57,481 nucleotides of DNA from Eledone cirrhosa (taxonomy: Eukaryota), in contig CAXHJY010000150.1 in assembly GCA_964016885.1 (NCBI GenBank), positions 1 through 57,481 on the forward strand, read 5' to 3'. The position numbers and the translations under genes are program-made. This document shows positions 56,760 to 57,481 of this stretch, piece by piece. Every line of letters starts with the position of its first letter. Position 1 is the first letter of the stretch. The notes beneath the pieces were generated by a model. That model had not been told where the DNA came from. It ran no database searches and was given only the letters and a program-made list of their open reading frames with translations.

Positions 56760-57007
56760 TATATATATATATATATATATCTATATATATATATATATAT
56801 ATTAATTACAATAACAGATTAAAGTTTAATCAAAGAATGGCTGCTTTCACCCTTAACGGATCTTCTGAAACTAACAAAGTCAATCTGTGAACGCAGAAGT
56901 AAATATTTCAAAACAACGTTGCAACCGGAGGAAGACAGGAAGACGATACTTTCGTTCGTGGAAACGTTCCCTATACAAATAAGTAATGGTATAAACATAA
57001 CATATAC

Positions 57008-57375
57008 TTATCCGGGAAATGTCTCTCTAGTAACATTGTCTACAAATGCAAGGTTGAAACACCCACGTCCCGTAGGGCCTACACAGGGTTAACCGCCAAT
57101 AGATTCAAGCAGCGTCTTTACATGCATACCGATTCTTTTCGTAACCCTTTAAGAAGAAATATGACGTCACTTTCAGCTTATATCTGGAGTCTAAAAGACA
57201 ACCACACCCAATATAAGTTACACTGGGAGATCCTAGCTAGGGCTAGATTGTATAACGGAAATAAAAGACCGCTGAGGCCCTGGAAATACTCTACGCCCAA
57301 AACCACATCTTAAACAAAAAGTCTGAGGCAATTTCGGCTTGTAAACATAAATTGCACAAAACATTCCTGTATTAC
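57008..57375 (+). pseudogene. Penelope-like GIY-YIG endonuclease fragment
   Basis: LSGKCLSSNIVYKCKVETPTSRRAYTGLTANRFKQRLYMHTDSFRNPLRRNMTSLSAYIWSLKD...WEILARARLY, then after a frameshift LEILYAQNHILNKKSEAISACKHK: IVY/YTG, catalytic R, LNK.SE and C.H motifs. Confidence 0.85.
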
Positions 57376-57481
57376 AGCCCCACATTTTATACCCTAACGG
57401 ATAGTCCGAACTATACGCGGATATTTTTCATTTTGATGTGGTTGCTAAGTATATGTTATGTTTATACCATTACTTATTTGT

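Overview
AT-rich, gene-free eukaryotic repeat DNA. The SINE families and compound TA/TG microsatellites suggest a cephalopod, probably Octopus (recognised from memory, not searched). No host protein-coding gene is supportable, and the long Y/I/M/C/V ORFs are microsatellite read-throughs. Bases 1-22250 are a strand-polarised (TA)n/(TATG)n domain. It holds six same-orientation copies of a non-autonomous RTE-derived element (RTE-like 5' part, C2H2 zinc-finger remnant, 3' stem-loop, TATG tail), a duplicated Penelope GIY-YIG 3' fragment and a duplicated 153-bp island. The rest is a mosaic of tRNA-derived SINEs, a non-autonomous Helitron, MITEs, hAT remnants, a CRE-like LINE end and a Penelope endonuclease fragment. 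The most striking signal is that the short islands embedded in (TA)n tracts repeatedly carry type-I hammerhead ribozyme motifs from several unrelated families. These often have a palindromic stem III followed by AATAAA, and many are arranged as fold-back inverted repeats that break at the ribozyme GAAAC. This points to a guild of (TA)n-targeting, ribozyme-bearing Penelope-derived mini-elements.
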